Shown: positions 45,876 to 56,143, numbered from the stretch's first letter. The stretch: 64,000 nt of DNA from Lyngbya sp. HA4199-MV5 (GCA_019359375.1 JAHHHL010000030.1:14341-78340), one strand, 5' to 3'. Notes: generated from the letters alone by a model not told the origin. Numbers and translations are program-made.

Positions 45876-46859
45876 ATGGCAGAGACACTTTTCTTTAATG
45901 CCCTGCGTGAAGCGATCGACGAAGAAATGGAGCGCGACCCCACTGTGATGGTGATGGGCGAAGACGTGGGGCATTACGGCGGTTCCTATAAGGTGACGAA
46001 GGATCTGTACAAGAAATATGGCGATCTGCGGTTGCTGGATACGCCGATCGCCGAAAATAGCTTCACCGGGATGGCTGTGGGAGCCGCGATGACCGGGCTA
46101 CGTCCCATCATTGAAGGCATGAACATGGGCTTCTTGCTTCTGGCGTTTAACCAGATTGCTAACAACGCCGGGATGCTGCGCTACACGTCCGGCGGCAATT
46201 ACAAGATTCCGATGGTGATTCGCGGTCCCGGTGGGGTGGGTCGGCAGTTGGGTGCAGAACACTCACAGCGGTTAGAAACCTACTTTCAGGCAGTACCGGG
46301 ACTCAAAATTATTGCCTGTTCCACACCCTACAACGCGAAAGGGCTGCTAAAGTCTGCCATTCGTGACAACAACCCCGTGCTGTTTTTTGAGCACGTCCTG
46401 CTCTACAACCTGAAGGAAGATTTGCCAGAAGGCGAGTATTTGCTGCCTTTGGACAAGGCAGAAGTGGTGCGATCGGGCAAGGATGTCACGATCATCACCT
46501 ATTCGAGGATGCGGCATCATGTGATGCAGGCAGTCAAAACGCTTGAAAAAGAGGGCTATGATCCCGAAGTGATTGACCTGCTGTCGCTGAAGCCGCTGGA
46601 CTTTGACACGATCGGCGCATCAATTCGCAAAACCCATCGCGTGATCATTGTGGAAGAAGCCATGCGGACGGGTGGGATTGCGGCTGAAGTGATTGCGTCG
46701 ATTAACGATCGTCTCTTTGATGAACTGGATGCTCCCGTTTTGCGGCTATCGTCTCAGGATATTCCCACCCCTTACAATGGCGGTTTGGAAAATCTGACGA
46801 TCGTCCAACCTCAGCAAATTGTGGAAGCCGTCCAAAAAATGGTGGCGCTCAAAGTCTAG
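45876..46859 (+). CDS. pdhB: Pyruvate dehydrogenase E1 beta subunit
   Basis: [29 protein letters not shown]. Confidence 0.97.
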   Translation: MAETLFFNALREAIDEEMERDPTVMVMGEDVGHYGGSYKVTKDLYKKYGDLRLLDTPIAENSFTGMAVGAAMTGLRPIIEGMNMGFLLLAFNQIANNAGMLRYTSGGNYKIPMVIRGPGGVGRQLGAEHSQRLETYFQAVPGLKIIACSTPYNAKGLLKSAIRDNNPVLFFEHVLLYNLKEDLPEGEYLLPLDKAEVVRSGKDVTIITYSRMRHHVMQAVKTLEKEGYDPEVIDLLSLKPLDFDTIGASIRKTHRVIIVEEAMRTGGIAAEVIASINDRLFDELDAPVLRLSSQDIPTPYNGGLENLTIVQPQQIVEAVQKMVALKV

Positions 46860-46863
46860 ACAA

Positions 46864-46944
46864 TAGGACCTACGCAAACCTCGGAGGTTTTAACCAAGCA
46901 TTAAGCATCGTGACCAACATGGTGGCTTAAACCTCCGAGGTTTT
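46864..46944. mobile_element. MITE family B, copy 1 (right end missing)
   Basis: TAGGACCTACGCA end plus internal ACCTCGGAGG/CCTCCGAGGT inverted repeat; colinear over 81 bp with 53992-54072. Confidence 0.75.
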
Positions 46945-46974
46945 AGTCATTGTTCTGCGGCGAGGTAAAGATCG

Positions 46975-47244
46975 ATGCAAACAACCGGTACCACCCTATC
47001 CCTCGCACCAGATCGAGTGGAGGATAGCTGGAGTTTTTTAGAAGTCTGGGTTGATCCACTGCAATCGCCACCTTACGTTCTGCTACTACTGGGTGACAAA
47101 ATTGGGAGTTGGTATGTTTTTGACCCTGCGGTGGGCTATGGGCTTGTAAAAACGTTTCAGAGCTATGAGGACGCACAACTCTGGCTTTTGGAAGATGAGT
47201 ATGAGCCACTAGCAGGACGACTATCTGATGCCGAAATTCACTGA
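46975..47244 (+). CDS. Conserved cyanobacterial hypothetical protein
   Basis: EVWVDP...PPYVLLL, SYEDAQLWLLEDEYE pattern. Confidence 0.75.
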   Translation: MQTTGTTLSLAPDRVEDSWSFLEVWVDPLQSPPYVLLLLGDKIGSWYVFDPAVGYGLVKTFQSYEDAQLWLLEDEYEPLAGRLSDAEIH

Positions 47245-47374
47245 TGGGTGTAGAACTTGTCACAATCAGGTCATTACTCGACGAGAGCCAAATCGCTTTG
47301 TAGAAGTCCCCGTATATGACTATGCGACGTAATCACGATGCACTATAGTGACGCAGCCTGTCGAATTCAGCCAT

Positions 47375-47399
47375 AAAAAAAGCCTCTCCGAAGAGAGGC
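47375..47399 (-). terminator. Intrinsic terminator for 47429-50590 gene
   Basis: GCCTCTC-CGAA-GAGAGGC hairpin with A7 tract (U-tract on minus). Confidence 0.8.
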
Positions 47400-47428
47400 A
47401 TTAGGTGTGAGCCTTTTAGAAGCAGTGG

Positions 47429-50400
47429 TTAAACACCTCGAACCGCGATCGCGCCTGCTAAGGCAGCAGCACCCGCTGATACAAGAGCCGTGCCAAACAA
47501 CCACCAGGCAGCGCTGGCAGCCGCCTTCTGGGTTTCTTTCACCTGCTTCTGCGCCTGATATTTGACCTCTGCCAAGCGGTGTTGAGCGTCTGCTTGCAAA
47601 CGTTCTGCCCGACGCAACACGCTGGCACGAGCATCTTCAACCTGATCGATGATGTGGTTTGCCTGCTCTTCGGAGATGTCCTCACGCGAACTCAGGACGG
47701 CTACCAGCGTATCGCGGTTGAAGCTGCCCAGTCGATCGCGCATGGCATCAAAACCAGCCTGGGGATCGTAGAACAAGGTACGTACGTCGCGCTTGATGCC
47801 GTCGTAGTTGAGTTCGGGGCGATCGAGTGCGTTCAGGTAAGCCCGAATGCGCGCCAGAATGCTGTCGATGACAGACTGGATGCGGCTCTGGATTTTTTGG
47901 ATCTGAGCCGACACTTGATCGCGCACTGCCAACACCTGATCGACGATCCGTTCCGCTTCTGCGGTGGAAATATCTTGCCGTTGAGAGAGCAGTGCCACAA
48001 GCGTCGAGCGATCGACCTGGCTGAGGCGTTCGCCCAAACTGCTGGCTCCAGCACGGGGATCGTTCAGCAGCAGTTGCAAATCGCGCTTGATTCCGTCTGG
48101 ATTAAGTTCATCCTTGTTGGTTTGGAGCAGATAGCTTTCCACGTTGGTCTGGAAGTCCTGCACCCGCTGCTTGGTACGCGATGCCAACCGACGCGGTGAG
48201 CGGACAATGCGACGAATCGCTTCCTGCACCTGATCGATGGTCTGATTGACTTGCTCTTCGGTGAGATCATCCCGCTGGCTAAGCAGTTTGACCAGCGTTT
48301 CACGATCGACCTGAGAGAGCCGTTGCCGCAGAGCGATCGACCCCTGCTTGGGATCATCCAGTAGCGTCTTCAAGTCGTGCTGAATGCCGTCTGGGTCAAG
48401 CTCTGACAGGTTGGTGCGACGCAGATAATCGGCGATCGCCGTACTCACCTGGTCGTACTGATCCTTTGCCTTGTCCGCGACGATGCGCCGCGCGTGAATG
48501 ACGTTGTAACGCACATCTTCAAGCTGCGTGACGATGCGATCGGCTTCTTCAGGCGTGATGTCTTGGCGCTGAGCCAGCAGTTGTACCAACGTGTCTCGAT
48601 CAACCTGACTGAGGCGATCGCGGAGGGCAGATCGTCCTGCTTGCGGATCGTCCAGCAGCAGCCGGAAATCGCGCTTGATTCCGTCCGGATTGAGTTCTGA
48701 CTTGTTAGTGTTTCGCAGGTAAGTTTCAACCCGATCGCGGACTGCCAATGCTTCAGCCTTCACGCGCTCCTGAGATTCTCGCGCCGTATTGAGAACACTG
48801 TCACGAGTACCTTCAAGCTGGCTGACAATGCGATCGGCATCCTCTGGGGTTGTGTCTGGTCGTTGCGCGAGTATAGCAACCAGGGTGCTGCGGTCAAACT
48901 GACTGAGACGAGACTGCAAGGCATCAAAGCCAGCCTCACGATCGTCCAACAGAAGACGAAAATCACGCTGAATGCCATCGGGATTGAGTTCTTCTTTGTT
49001 GGTCGATCGCAGGTAATTTTCCACGCGACTGCGGACATCTTGCGATTGCTCTTGCGTTGCTGCTGCCATGACTGTGCTTAGCGTCGAAGCCCGAATGACC
49101 TCTAGCTGATCGGCAATTTCAGACACTCTAGCAGGTGTGAGATCATTGCGTCGCGTCAGCACATCCACAAAGTAAGAGCGATTCAGTTCCTCTAACTGCC
49201 GCTGTACGGTGAGTGGATCAGCTTCAGCATCGTAAATGATATCCCGGAACTCAGTCTGCAAGGTTTCGCGGTTCAGGTGCCAGGAGTAAGCATTCAGCAG
49301 GTAGTTTTCAACATCTGCCTTGATGGTGTTAAACGGCAGTCCGGGCACTTTTTGCGCCACTTGCTTGGTGGCGTCGCCCAGCTTGTCCTTCGCCGTTTGC
49401 AGTTGACCCAGAATTTTTTCTACGTTCAGGTCAGACAGATCGCCCCGCCCCATGACAGTGCCCATGAGCGTGGTAAAGCCGAACTGAAGCGCTCGATCAA
49501 CCAGGCTACTTTCTTCCTTCGATCGCACTAGCTGTCCTGACTGTGCCAATTCGCGCTGTTGACGCACTTCTTCGGTCAGACGATCGAGCTTGGTATTGAG
49601 TTCGCTGGAGTTCAGCGCTTCCGGTTGAGCAGACCGGAGGTACTCAACCAACTCTGCGGTTGGGTCCTTCTTTTGAAACTGGCTGACGACGGATTGCCAG
49701 ACCGATTCAAGCTGACCAATCACCCGCTCAGCATCCCGACGAGAAAGGTCAGTACGGCTGCTGACCAGATTTACAAACGTGCCCCGATCGATACTCCGCA
49801 GGCGATCGGCAATCTCTATAGGAGAGCCACTGCCTGCAATTTCGCGTAGCTCTGGATCATTGACCAGTCTCTCAAACTCACTGCGAATCTTAGGCATATC
49901 CAGCCCGGGCGGACGCAGTGCATCCAAATAATCTTCGATCGAATCGCGCACGCTGACTGGGTCAAGCCCAGAACCGAGTTCGCGTCGAATCGCTGCTGCT
50001 GCGGCTTCTGCGGTTGAAACGACCTGGCTGCTTGCCGCCTTGGCACCCAACGCAGCGGTTGCTGTGCCAAAAATTGCCTGAAAGCCCGATACGGCTGTGT
50101 TGACGACTGAACCCGCCAGCGAACCAACCGTCATGGAGCTAAACAACACCAAGAGGACAAAGTAAGCGCCCCAAATGACCACACCGACGATCGCGCCCAG
50201 CACCGCATTGGTAATGAGGCTTAGCTTGACTGCCAGCAGGCACGCCAGAAACAATGCCACACTCACGGTAATCAGCGTCCATAAGCCTACGGCAAACCCA
50301 ATCTTCTTCACCGTGCCGCCCAAACTGCCTGACTCGTGGTGATCGTCGTCTGAGTGTGAATCGGACGATCGCCCCAGATACGAAATGCCTGCTGCCACCG

Positions 50401-50590
50401 AAAGATTTGTTAGCAATAGTTGAAAGGCAAACGCTAACACTAGCCCTGCTATCAACGCGATGAAAAATTGTGGACCTGAGAATACTAGAGCTGCCCTCTC
50501 AGGGGTATCGACTGCCCCATCTACGGGCACTTGAGCCATCCATAACGGCAGGCTGCCCAGACCCAGCGCTATGCCAAAATTACTAACCAT
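47429..50590 (-). CDS. Large membrane-anchored helical-repeat protein, function unknown
   Basis: N-terminal TM helices, five conserved plus two degenerate YL..TNK.ELNPDGI.RD...LL.DP repeats, C-terminal TM. Confidence 0.85.
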   Translation of the reverse strand: MVSNFGIALGLGSLPLWMAQVPVDGAVDTPERAALVFSGPQFFIALIAGLVLAFAFQLLLTNLSVAAGISYLGRSSDSHSDDDHHESGSLGGTVKKIGFAVGLWTLITVSVALFLACLLAVKLSLITNAVLGAIVGVVIWGAYFVLLVLFSSMTVGSLAGSVVNTAVSGFQAIFGTATAALGAKAASSQVVSTAEAAAAAIRRELGSGLDPVSVRDSIEDYLDALRPPGLDMPKIRSEFERLVNDPELREIAGSGSPIEIADRLRSIDRGTFVNLVSSRTDLSRRDAERVIGQLESVWQSVVSQFQKKDPTAELVEYLRSAQPEALNSSELNTKLDRLTEEVRQQRELAQSGQLVRSKEESSLVDRALQFGFTTLMGTVMGRGDLSDLNVEKILGQLQTAKDKLGDATKQVAQKVPGLPFNTIKADVENYLLNAYSWHLNRETLQTEFRDIIYDAEADPLTVQRQLEELNRSYFVDVLTRRNDLTPARVSEIADQLEVIRASTLSTVMAAATQEQSQDVRSRVENYLRSTNKEELNPDGIQRDFRLLLDDREAGFDALQSRLSQFDRSTLVAILAQRPDTTPEDADRIVSQLEGTRDSVLNTARESQERVKAEALAVRDRVETYLRNTNKSELNPDGIKRDFRLLLDDPQAGRSALRDRLSQVDRDTLVQLLAQRQDITPEEADRIVTQLEDVRYNVIHARRIVADKAKDQYDQVSTAIADYLRRTNLSELDPDGIQHDLKTLLDDPKQGSIALRQRLSQVDRETLVKLLSQRDDLTEEQVNQTIDQVQEAIRRIVRSPRRLASRTKQRVQDFQTNVESYLLQTNKDELNPDGIKRDLQLLLNDPRAGASSLGERLSQVDRSTLVALLSQRQDISTAEAERIVDQVLAVRDQVSAQIQKIQSRIQSVIDSILARIRAYLNALDRPELNYDGIKRDVRTLFYDPQAGFDAMRDRLGSFNRDTLVAVLSSREDISEEQANHIIDQVEDARASVLRRAERLQADAQHRLAEVKYQAQKQVKETQKAAASAAWWLFGTALVSAGAAALAGAIAVRGV

Positions 50591-50795
50591 ACCGAAATTT
50601 CCCTCATGAAAGCCCAACTCAAGCAGCCCACCGCTTACAGAGGTTTAATACGCCTTTAGCATGGAAACATTGCTCTCGTTGTACACAGAATCGCCGAGGT
50701 TGTCGGGTTGCTTCATCTCTCTGGAGTGAGAAGCGATCGCCCCAAAGGGATGAGATACGGGGATCTGGTGGATCTTATTAACAGGAGGTAATAGT

Positions 50796-51756
50796 TATAG
50801 CTTTATTCAACTATGTTAGGACGCTGCCTGCTTCAGAACAGATTCCATCGCCTCACGTAAACTGACAGAGTCAGGTAATTGCTTGCGAATGCGGCTCTTC
50901 AACCATGTCCAGCACTTCTCAATCCGATTCAGGTCTGGTGAGTAAGGTGGTAGATAGACAATCCGGCACTCTGCGGCTTCAATCAATTGGGCAACACGAC
51001 CGCCATGATGAAACGTGGCATTATCGATAATTACCCACTGTCCGGGACGCAGTTGGGGAATCAAGCAAGTCTCTAGCCAAACCTCAAACACGGTTCGATT
51101 GCAGGCTCCTTCAACGGTGAAAGGAGCAATGAGTTCACCATCGCGATAGCCCGCAATCATATTCACGCGACCCTGCCGCCGACCCGACTTGAGGGCATAG
51201 AAGCGTTTCCCGACTGGCGCATAACCGTAGCCATAATTGTCCCGCTCATCCATGCCAGCCTCATCGACGTACACCAAGTGCGGTGCTTTCGGGTCGCCCA
51301 GTTGGACTAAGAAGGCGGCTCGTTTGGCTTCGTCTCTTTGGACATAGCCGTATGGTTTTTTTTACGGCTATGCTTAATCTTCGCGATGGCTCTCGAAATC
51401 GTCGGTTGGCTCACCTCGCCCTCCCACAGTTGGGCGAGGTCACTCTGAGTTTGATCGCCATGCTGTTTGATAAACGCGCCAAACTTCTCTAAATCGTTGA
51501 TCTTCAATCCCGATTGCGTCACTGCTCTGGCTTTCGGTTTGACATCCCCTGTCTCAGCTTTGCGCCGACACCACAGATTAATCGTATTGCGACTGATGTT
51601 GAACAGTTGGCTTACCTCACTTTTCTTGAGTCCATCCAACTCGATCGCCTGCATCACTTTTTGCCGAAAGTCATTGCTGTAAGGTTTCGCCATAATGGGA
51701 GAAAGATGCGTTGTATTTCTCCAGTTTATGTCCTAACCTCCCTGAATACAGCTATA
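50796..51756 (-). mobile_element. IS630-family insertion sequence
   Basis: TIRs TATAGCTTTATTCA / TGAATACAGCTATA (13/14 match), TA flanks; HTH ORF plus DDE ORF. Confidence 0.93.
50816..51693 (-). CDS. IS630 transposase (orfA/orfB joined by -1 frameshift)
   Basis: orfA MAKPYSNDFRQKV HTH; A8 run at 51356-51363; orfB YVDEAG, IIDNATFH, LPPYSPDLNRIEK.W. Confidence 0.9.
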
Positions 51757-52834
51757 CCAGCAGGGAGCCGATCGCTTTGGCTGGGAGAAACGCAATCCCA
51801 AGCCCGGTTCTATGCAGGATGGGAACGGCTTTCTGGTGGGTTGGGGCATGGCAACCGCTGCCTATCCCGTCTATCTCTCTCCAGCAGCGGCGCGGGTGAA
51901 AATCTTTGCCGATGGACACGCCGTCGCCCAAAGTGGTTCTCACGAAATTGGCAATGGCACCTACACCGTCATGACCCAGCTTGCAGCGAAAGGATTGGGC
52001 TTACCACCAGAAAAGGTGCAGTTTGAACTGGGCGATACCAACTTACCCAACACTCCCATTACCGGAGCGTCTCGGACGGTGGGTAGTGTGGGACCCGCTG
52101 TGCAAGCCGCTGCCAGAGCCGCCCGGAGTAAAGTGGTGCAGATGGCGATCGCTGATCCCGCCTCACCGCTCTATGGAGTGAATGAGTCAGATATTACGGC
52201 GATCGATGGACGCTTGTTTGTGGCACAACATCCAACTCAAGGCGAAACCTATCAGGAGATTTTGAATCGTCACAACTTAGACGTGATTGAAGCCTATCAG
52301 GAAACCTTTCCACGCGATGCCGATGAGAGCGATCGTAATTAGGTGTGGTCAGGCATCAATGCGTTGCGCGGTCCAGTCGATTCTCAATATGCCATGTACA
52401 ACTTTGGTGCCCATTTTGCGGAAGTAAGTGTGAATCCGGTATCGATGGAAGCCAGGGTATCTCGCTATGTGGGAGCCTTTGCCACCGGGCGTATTTTGAA
52501 TCCGAAAACCGCAGGCAGTCAAATTCTCGGCGGCATCGTGATGGGTATCGGCATGGCGTTGCAGGAAGAAACCATCACCGATCCCAACCTTGGTCGCATT
52601 GCCACTGCCAGCTTTGCCGATTATCACGTTCCAGCACACATCCACATTGCGGGTATTGATACGTTCTTTATTGAAGAATATGATCCCTTTGTGAATGCTC
52701 TGGGCACCAAAAGCGTGGGTGAAATCAGTACGGTGGGTTCATCAGCAGCGATCGCCAATGCCGTGTATCACGCCACGGGTCAGCGCATTCGAGATCTTCC
52801 CATTCGACTAGAAAAGCTATTGGAAACTCCATGA
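51755..52834 (+). pseudogene. Xanthine-dehydrogenase-family molybdopterin-binding subunit (PaoC/YagR-like), 5' half lost, internal stop
   Basis: YQQGADRFGW, HEIGNGTYT, GASRTVGSVG, FGAHFAEV, ILNPKTAGSQILGG, GTKSVGEI; TAG at 52340-52342. Confidence 0.88.
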
Positions 52835-53994
52835 ATGAAATCCAGGCTATTCTCAATGCTTATGATCAGGTGACGCGATCGGGCGAAGCTGCCGCCTTAG
52901 CGACTGTGATGAACACCAGCGGTTCCACCTATCGCCGTCCCGGTGCCCGTATATTGATTATGAATTCGGGGCAAACCGTCGGGATGATTAGCGGTGGCTG
53001 TTTGGAACAGGATGTGGTGGAACATGCTCAACAGGTAATGCAATCCGGAAAATCGATCGTTGTCACCTATGACACGACGGCTAATGAAAATATTATCTGG
53101 GGCTTAGGACTGGGCTGCAACGGGATCGTGCAAATTCTGATCGAACGGTTGGATAGGGAAAAGCCATTCAATCTTCTATTGTTAATTGCTGCTTGTCTGG
53201 CACACCAGCAGCCCGGTGTCCTGGCAACGGTCTTCAACGCCGCCGGATCAGTTGTGATCAACGTTGGAGCGCGTTTAATTTGTCATGCTGATCATACAGT
53301 TTCTCATGAGATTGAGGCTTCCACGCTGGTTTCAAATCTACTGATGGATGTACCATCCGTGCTGCATCACCAGCAGTCGATCGTGCAACAGTACCCGTGT
53401 GCATCTGGCAATGTGGAAGTCTTGCTGGAATGGCTTGCACCACCCCCCTCGATCGTCCTTTTTGGTGCCGGACAGGATGCCATTCCGGTAGCACGCTTTG
53501 CTAAAGCGCTGGGCTGGCGCGTGACGATCGTTGATTGTCGAGCAAACGAAGCCACACGAGAGCGCTTTTCAATGGTGGATACGGTTCTTCTCACTCGACG
53601 CGATCGTGTGCAGGAACAGGTGCAAATGGATGCCAATACAACGGCAGTTGTGATGACGCACAACTATCTGGACGATGCAGCCTTACTCAAAACACTGTTG
53701 CCATCGTCTGCTCGTTACATTGGCATTCTCGGACCCAAACACCGCACGGAGCGCTTGTTGCAAACCTTACAGCAAGACTATTCCATCAACATCGCTCAAG
53801 CACGGACGCGCTTACATGCTCCCATTGGTCTCGATCTGGGGGCAGAGACACCAGAAGCCATTGCCCTGGCGATCGTCGCCGAAATTCAAGCAGTTTTAGC
53901 CAATCATGCCGGTGGTTTCTTGAAACATCGCAAGGGTGGCATCCATCGTCGCCAAGAAACGTTAGCGCCTGAGAGCTTGTTGTGTCTTCGATAG
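52831..53994 (+). CDS. xdhC: XdhC/CoxF-family molybdenum cofactor insertion chaperone
   Basis: GSTYRRPGA, ISGGCLE, GLGCNG, FGAGQDA, VMTHNY, YIGILGP, APIGLDLGA.TPE.IAL. Confidence 0.9.
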   Translation: MNEIQAILNAYDQVTRSGEAAALATVMNTSGSTYRRPGARILIMNSGQTVGMISGGCLEQDVVEHAQQVMQSGKSIVVTYDTTANENIIWGLGLGCNGIVQILIERLDREKPFNLLLLIAACLAHQQPGVLATVFNAAGSVVINVGARLICHADHTVSHEIEASTLVSNLLMDVPSVLHHQQSIVQQYPCASGNVEVLLEWLAPPPSIVLFGAGQDAIPVARFAKALGWRVTIVDCRANEATRERFSMVDTVLLTRRDRVQEQVQMDANTTAVVMTHNYLDDAALLKTLLPSSARYIGILGPKHRTERLLQTLQQDYSINIAQARTRLHAPIGLDLGAETPEAIALAIVAEIQAVLANHAGGFLKHRKGGIHRRQETLAPESLLCLR

Positions 53995-54180
53995 GGCTTA
54001 CACACACCTCGGAGCTTTTGACCAAGAATCAAGCACCGTGAACAACGTAGTGGCTTAGACCTCCGAGGTTTTGATCAAATGTGTAAGTTCCATTCAATCG
54101 GAATTATCATCCTCGCAGCAGAAGCTTTCACTCGTATGGGTATGCCTAAACAACTGTTGCTCTATAGAACCCAGAGCTGA
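53982..54180 (+). pseudogene. MocA/YgfJ-like nucleotidyltransferase remnant (first ~30 codons)
   Basis: SIGIIILAAEAFTRMGMPKQLLLYRTQS* matches the ILAAG.S.RMG.PKQLL motif; interrupted by MITE B, truncated at MITE A end. Confidence 0.75.
53992..54092. mobile_element. MITE family B, copy 2 (complete), inserted in mocA 5' end
   Basis: TIRs TAGGGCTTACACA / TGTGTAAGTTCCA; flanks TTCGA / TTCAA (probable 5-bp TSD). Confidence 0.8.
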
Positions 54181-54198
54181 ATTGATGACGCGCCCTAG
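54174..54198. mobile_element. MITE family A right-end fragment
   Basis: GAGCTGAATTGATGACGCGCCCTAG identical to the ends of 3067-3198 and 21920-22049. Confidence 0.8.
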
Positions 54199-55076
54199 CC
54201 AACGATCGCTTCATTGTTCCTATCTGCATAATCCGTACTGACTGTCACCTGCTGCCAGACAGCTAACTCCGTTTTGAGCCATGCCAGTTTTTCCTGAATC
54301 AGGTTCATGGCATCGGTGCCTAATGCCAGTCGCGTCGGTGGATGAGGGCTTTCCACCGCTTGAATGATGGCTTGTGCCGCTTGCGCTGGATTGCCCGGTT
54401 GCTGACCATCCATCTGTTTGAACCACTGCAAAGAAGCCCCGCTTACGGTCGTATAGGCATCAATGGCTTGTTTGGCGGCTGCTAGAGAGCGTCCGTTGAA
54501 GTCTGTGCGAAATGCCCCTGGTTCAATTAACGTGACTTTAATGCCAAAGGATTCCACTTCTTTAGCTAAGGCTTCCGATGCGCCTTCCAGGGCAAACTTA
54601 GCACCGCAGTAGAGGCTGCTGCCAGCAAATCCTACTAATCCTGCTGTGGATGATATGTTCACAATGTGACCGCTGCCTTGCTGGCGCATTACAGGCAGGA
54701 CCGATCGCATCAAACGGAGTGCCCCAAAGAAGTTGGTTGCAAAAAATTGGTGCATTTCAACATCACTGACTTCTTCAAGAGCGGCAATGAGTCCATGCCC
54801 CGCATTGTTGACCAGTACATCAATACGACCAAAGGTGGCGATCGCGGCATCAACGGCTGTCTGGATGTCTTGGGCTACCGTCACATCCAAACGTACAGCC
54901 TTTGCAGTTTCTGGATAAGGTTCAATCAAAGCGCGAAGTTGCTCTGGTTGGCGAGCAGTCGCCAGTAGGGAATCGCCCTTTTTCAATACCGCTTCTGCGA
55001 GGGCACGTCCGAATCCGGTTGAACAGCCTGTAATCAACCAAACTTTAGGAGCGACACGATTGTTATCTGCGTTCAT
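54195..55076 (-). CDS. SDR-family oxidoreductase
   Basis: WLITGCSTGFG, DVLVNNAG, YCGAKFALEG. Confidence 0.92.
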   Translation of the reverse strand: MNADNNRVAPKVWLITGCSTGFGRALAEAVLKKGDSLLATARQPEQLRALIEPYPETAKAVRLDVTVAQDIQTAVDAAIATFGRIDVLVNNAGHGLIAALEEVSDVEMHQFFATNFFGALRLMRSVLPVMRQQGSGHIVNISSTAGLVGFAGSSLYCGAKFALEGASEALAKEVESFGIKVTLIEPGAFRTDFNGRSLAAAKQAIDAYTTVSGASLQWFKQMDGQQPGNPAQAAQAIIQAVESPHPPTRLALGTDAMNLIQEKLAWLKTELAVWQQVTVSTDYADRNNEAIVG

Positions 55077-55534
55077 TGGTTTTCTCCAATCTAAAAAGAA
55101 TGAGATCCGCCTCAATACTTTTCGGTGACAGGGCAAAGGGTAAGGGCGAAAGGAGAAGGCACCGGGCTTTTACCCTTTCCTTTTCCCCTTAACCAAGCGG
55201 TATCGAGACTTGCCTCATAGTTCTCACGATAGGAGACAGCCAGGTAAGTGTCCAATATATATATGATGAGGATTAATAGGTTAGACATATAAATGTGATG
55301 GAATTACGGCACCCGCACTACTTCATTCTTTTCTGAAAATAGTGAATCAAGTTTCAAAGAAATTGCTGAAACCACACAAGGTGAACTTGGCTTTGAGGGC
55401 ACAGCACAAGGCTGGACAATCCAGGAAGCCGTTCAGAAATGGGGACAGGAAGGCGATCGGAGAAAGCCAGAAGCCCTTTGGGATGGACACCTGGGCATGC
55501 ATCGGTGGTTGATTGGCTGAAACTATCAGACTTA

Positions 55535-56026
55535 TCACTCTTCAAATGACAGCAAAAGCTTACGAAGTAATTGCGCTAAAGCTTCCCGTTCCGGTTCTGC
55601 TAAAACGCTCAAAACACGATGTTCATTTGCCACATGGGCTGCGATCGCTGTTTCAATCACGTTAAAGCCTTGATCCGTTAACTCTATGAGCGTGCTGCGC
55701 CGATCGTTTAAATCAGGAATCCGCTGCACCAACTCGGCTTGCTCCAAGCGATCGATGCGATGGGTCATGGTGCCTGACGAAACCATCAGCATGTTGAACA
55801 ATTCAGTCGGTGAGAGCTGATAGGGTTTACCGGAGCGGCGCAGAGTCGCTAACACGTCAAACTCGCCTATGGTCAAGTCAAACTCTGAAAATACCTCCTG
55901 AACCGATCGCTCTAAATATTTTGCTAATCGTAACACCCGTCCAATAATCCCCATTGGTGAAACATCCAAATCAGGGCGCTCACGCCGCCATTGCGCCAAA
56001 ATGCGATCGACTGGATCAGCTTTCAT
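55535..56026 (-). CDS. MarR-family regulator, TamR/PecS (urate-responsive) type
   Basis: DPVDRILAQWRRERPDLD.SPM, FDVLATLRRSG, GTMTHRIDRLE, DRRS. Confidence 0.9.
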   Translation of the reverse strand: MKADPVDRILAQWRRERPDLDVSPMGIIGRVLRLAKYLERSVQEVFSEFDLTIGEFDVLATLRRSGKPYQLSPTELFNMLMVSSGTMTHRIDRLEQAELVQRIPDLNDRRSTLIELTDQGFNVIETAIAAHVANEHRVLSVLAEPEREALAQLLRKLLLSFEE

Positions 56027-56044
56027 CCCATGACCTCCTCCGCC

Positions 56045-56122
56045 AAATATCTTGACACTAAATATCTTGACATCAAAGCAACTTGCTATAATCTTGACAT
56101 CAAGTATCTTAGCATCGAGATA
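56045..56122. promoter_or_regulatory. Four tandem 18-bp MarR operator-like sites (consensus TATCTTGACATCAAGATA)
   Basis: Sites start 56048, 56063, 56090, 56105 in the divergent marR/DMT intergenic region. Confidence 0.75.
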
Positions 56123-56143
56123 AATAAAGCAGGAGGTTTCAAA

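Noticed and set aside
51356-51363. A8 frameshift in the IS630 transposase
   Set aside because: Programmed -1 frameshifting is standard for this family; not a lesion or novelty
52340-52342. In-frame TAG as possible pyrrolysine or selenocysteine recoding
   Set aside because: Gene is already 5'-truncated, TAG is not the Sec codon, and no pyl machinery is evident; simple nonsense is more likely
55347-55538. 63-aa ORF downstream of marR, possible enzyme fragment
   Set aside because: Could not assign a family with confidence
56067-56092. Perfect TTGACA and TATAAT hexamers
   Set aside because: Spacer is only 14 bp and TTGACA is part of the operator repeat; not called as a promoter
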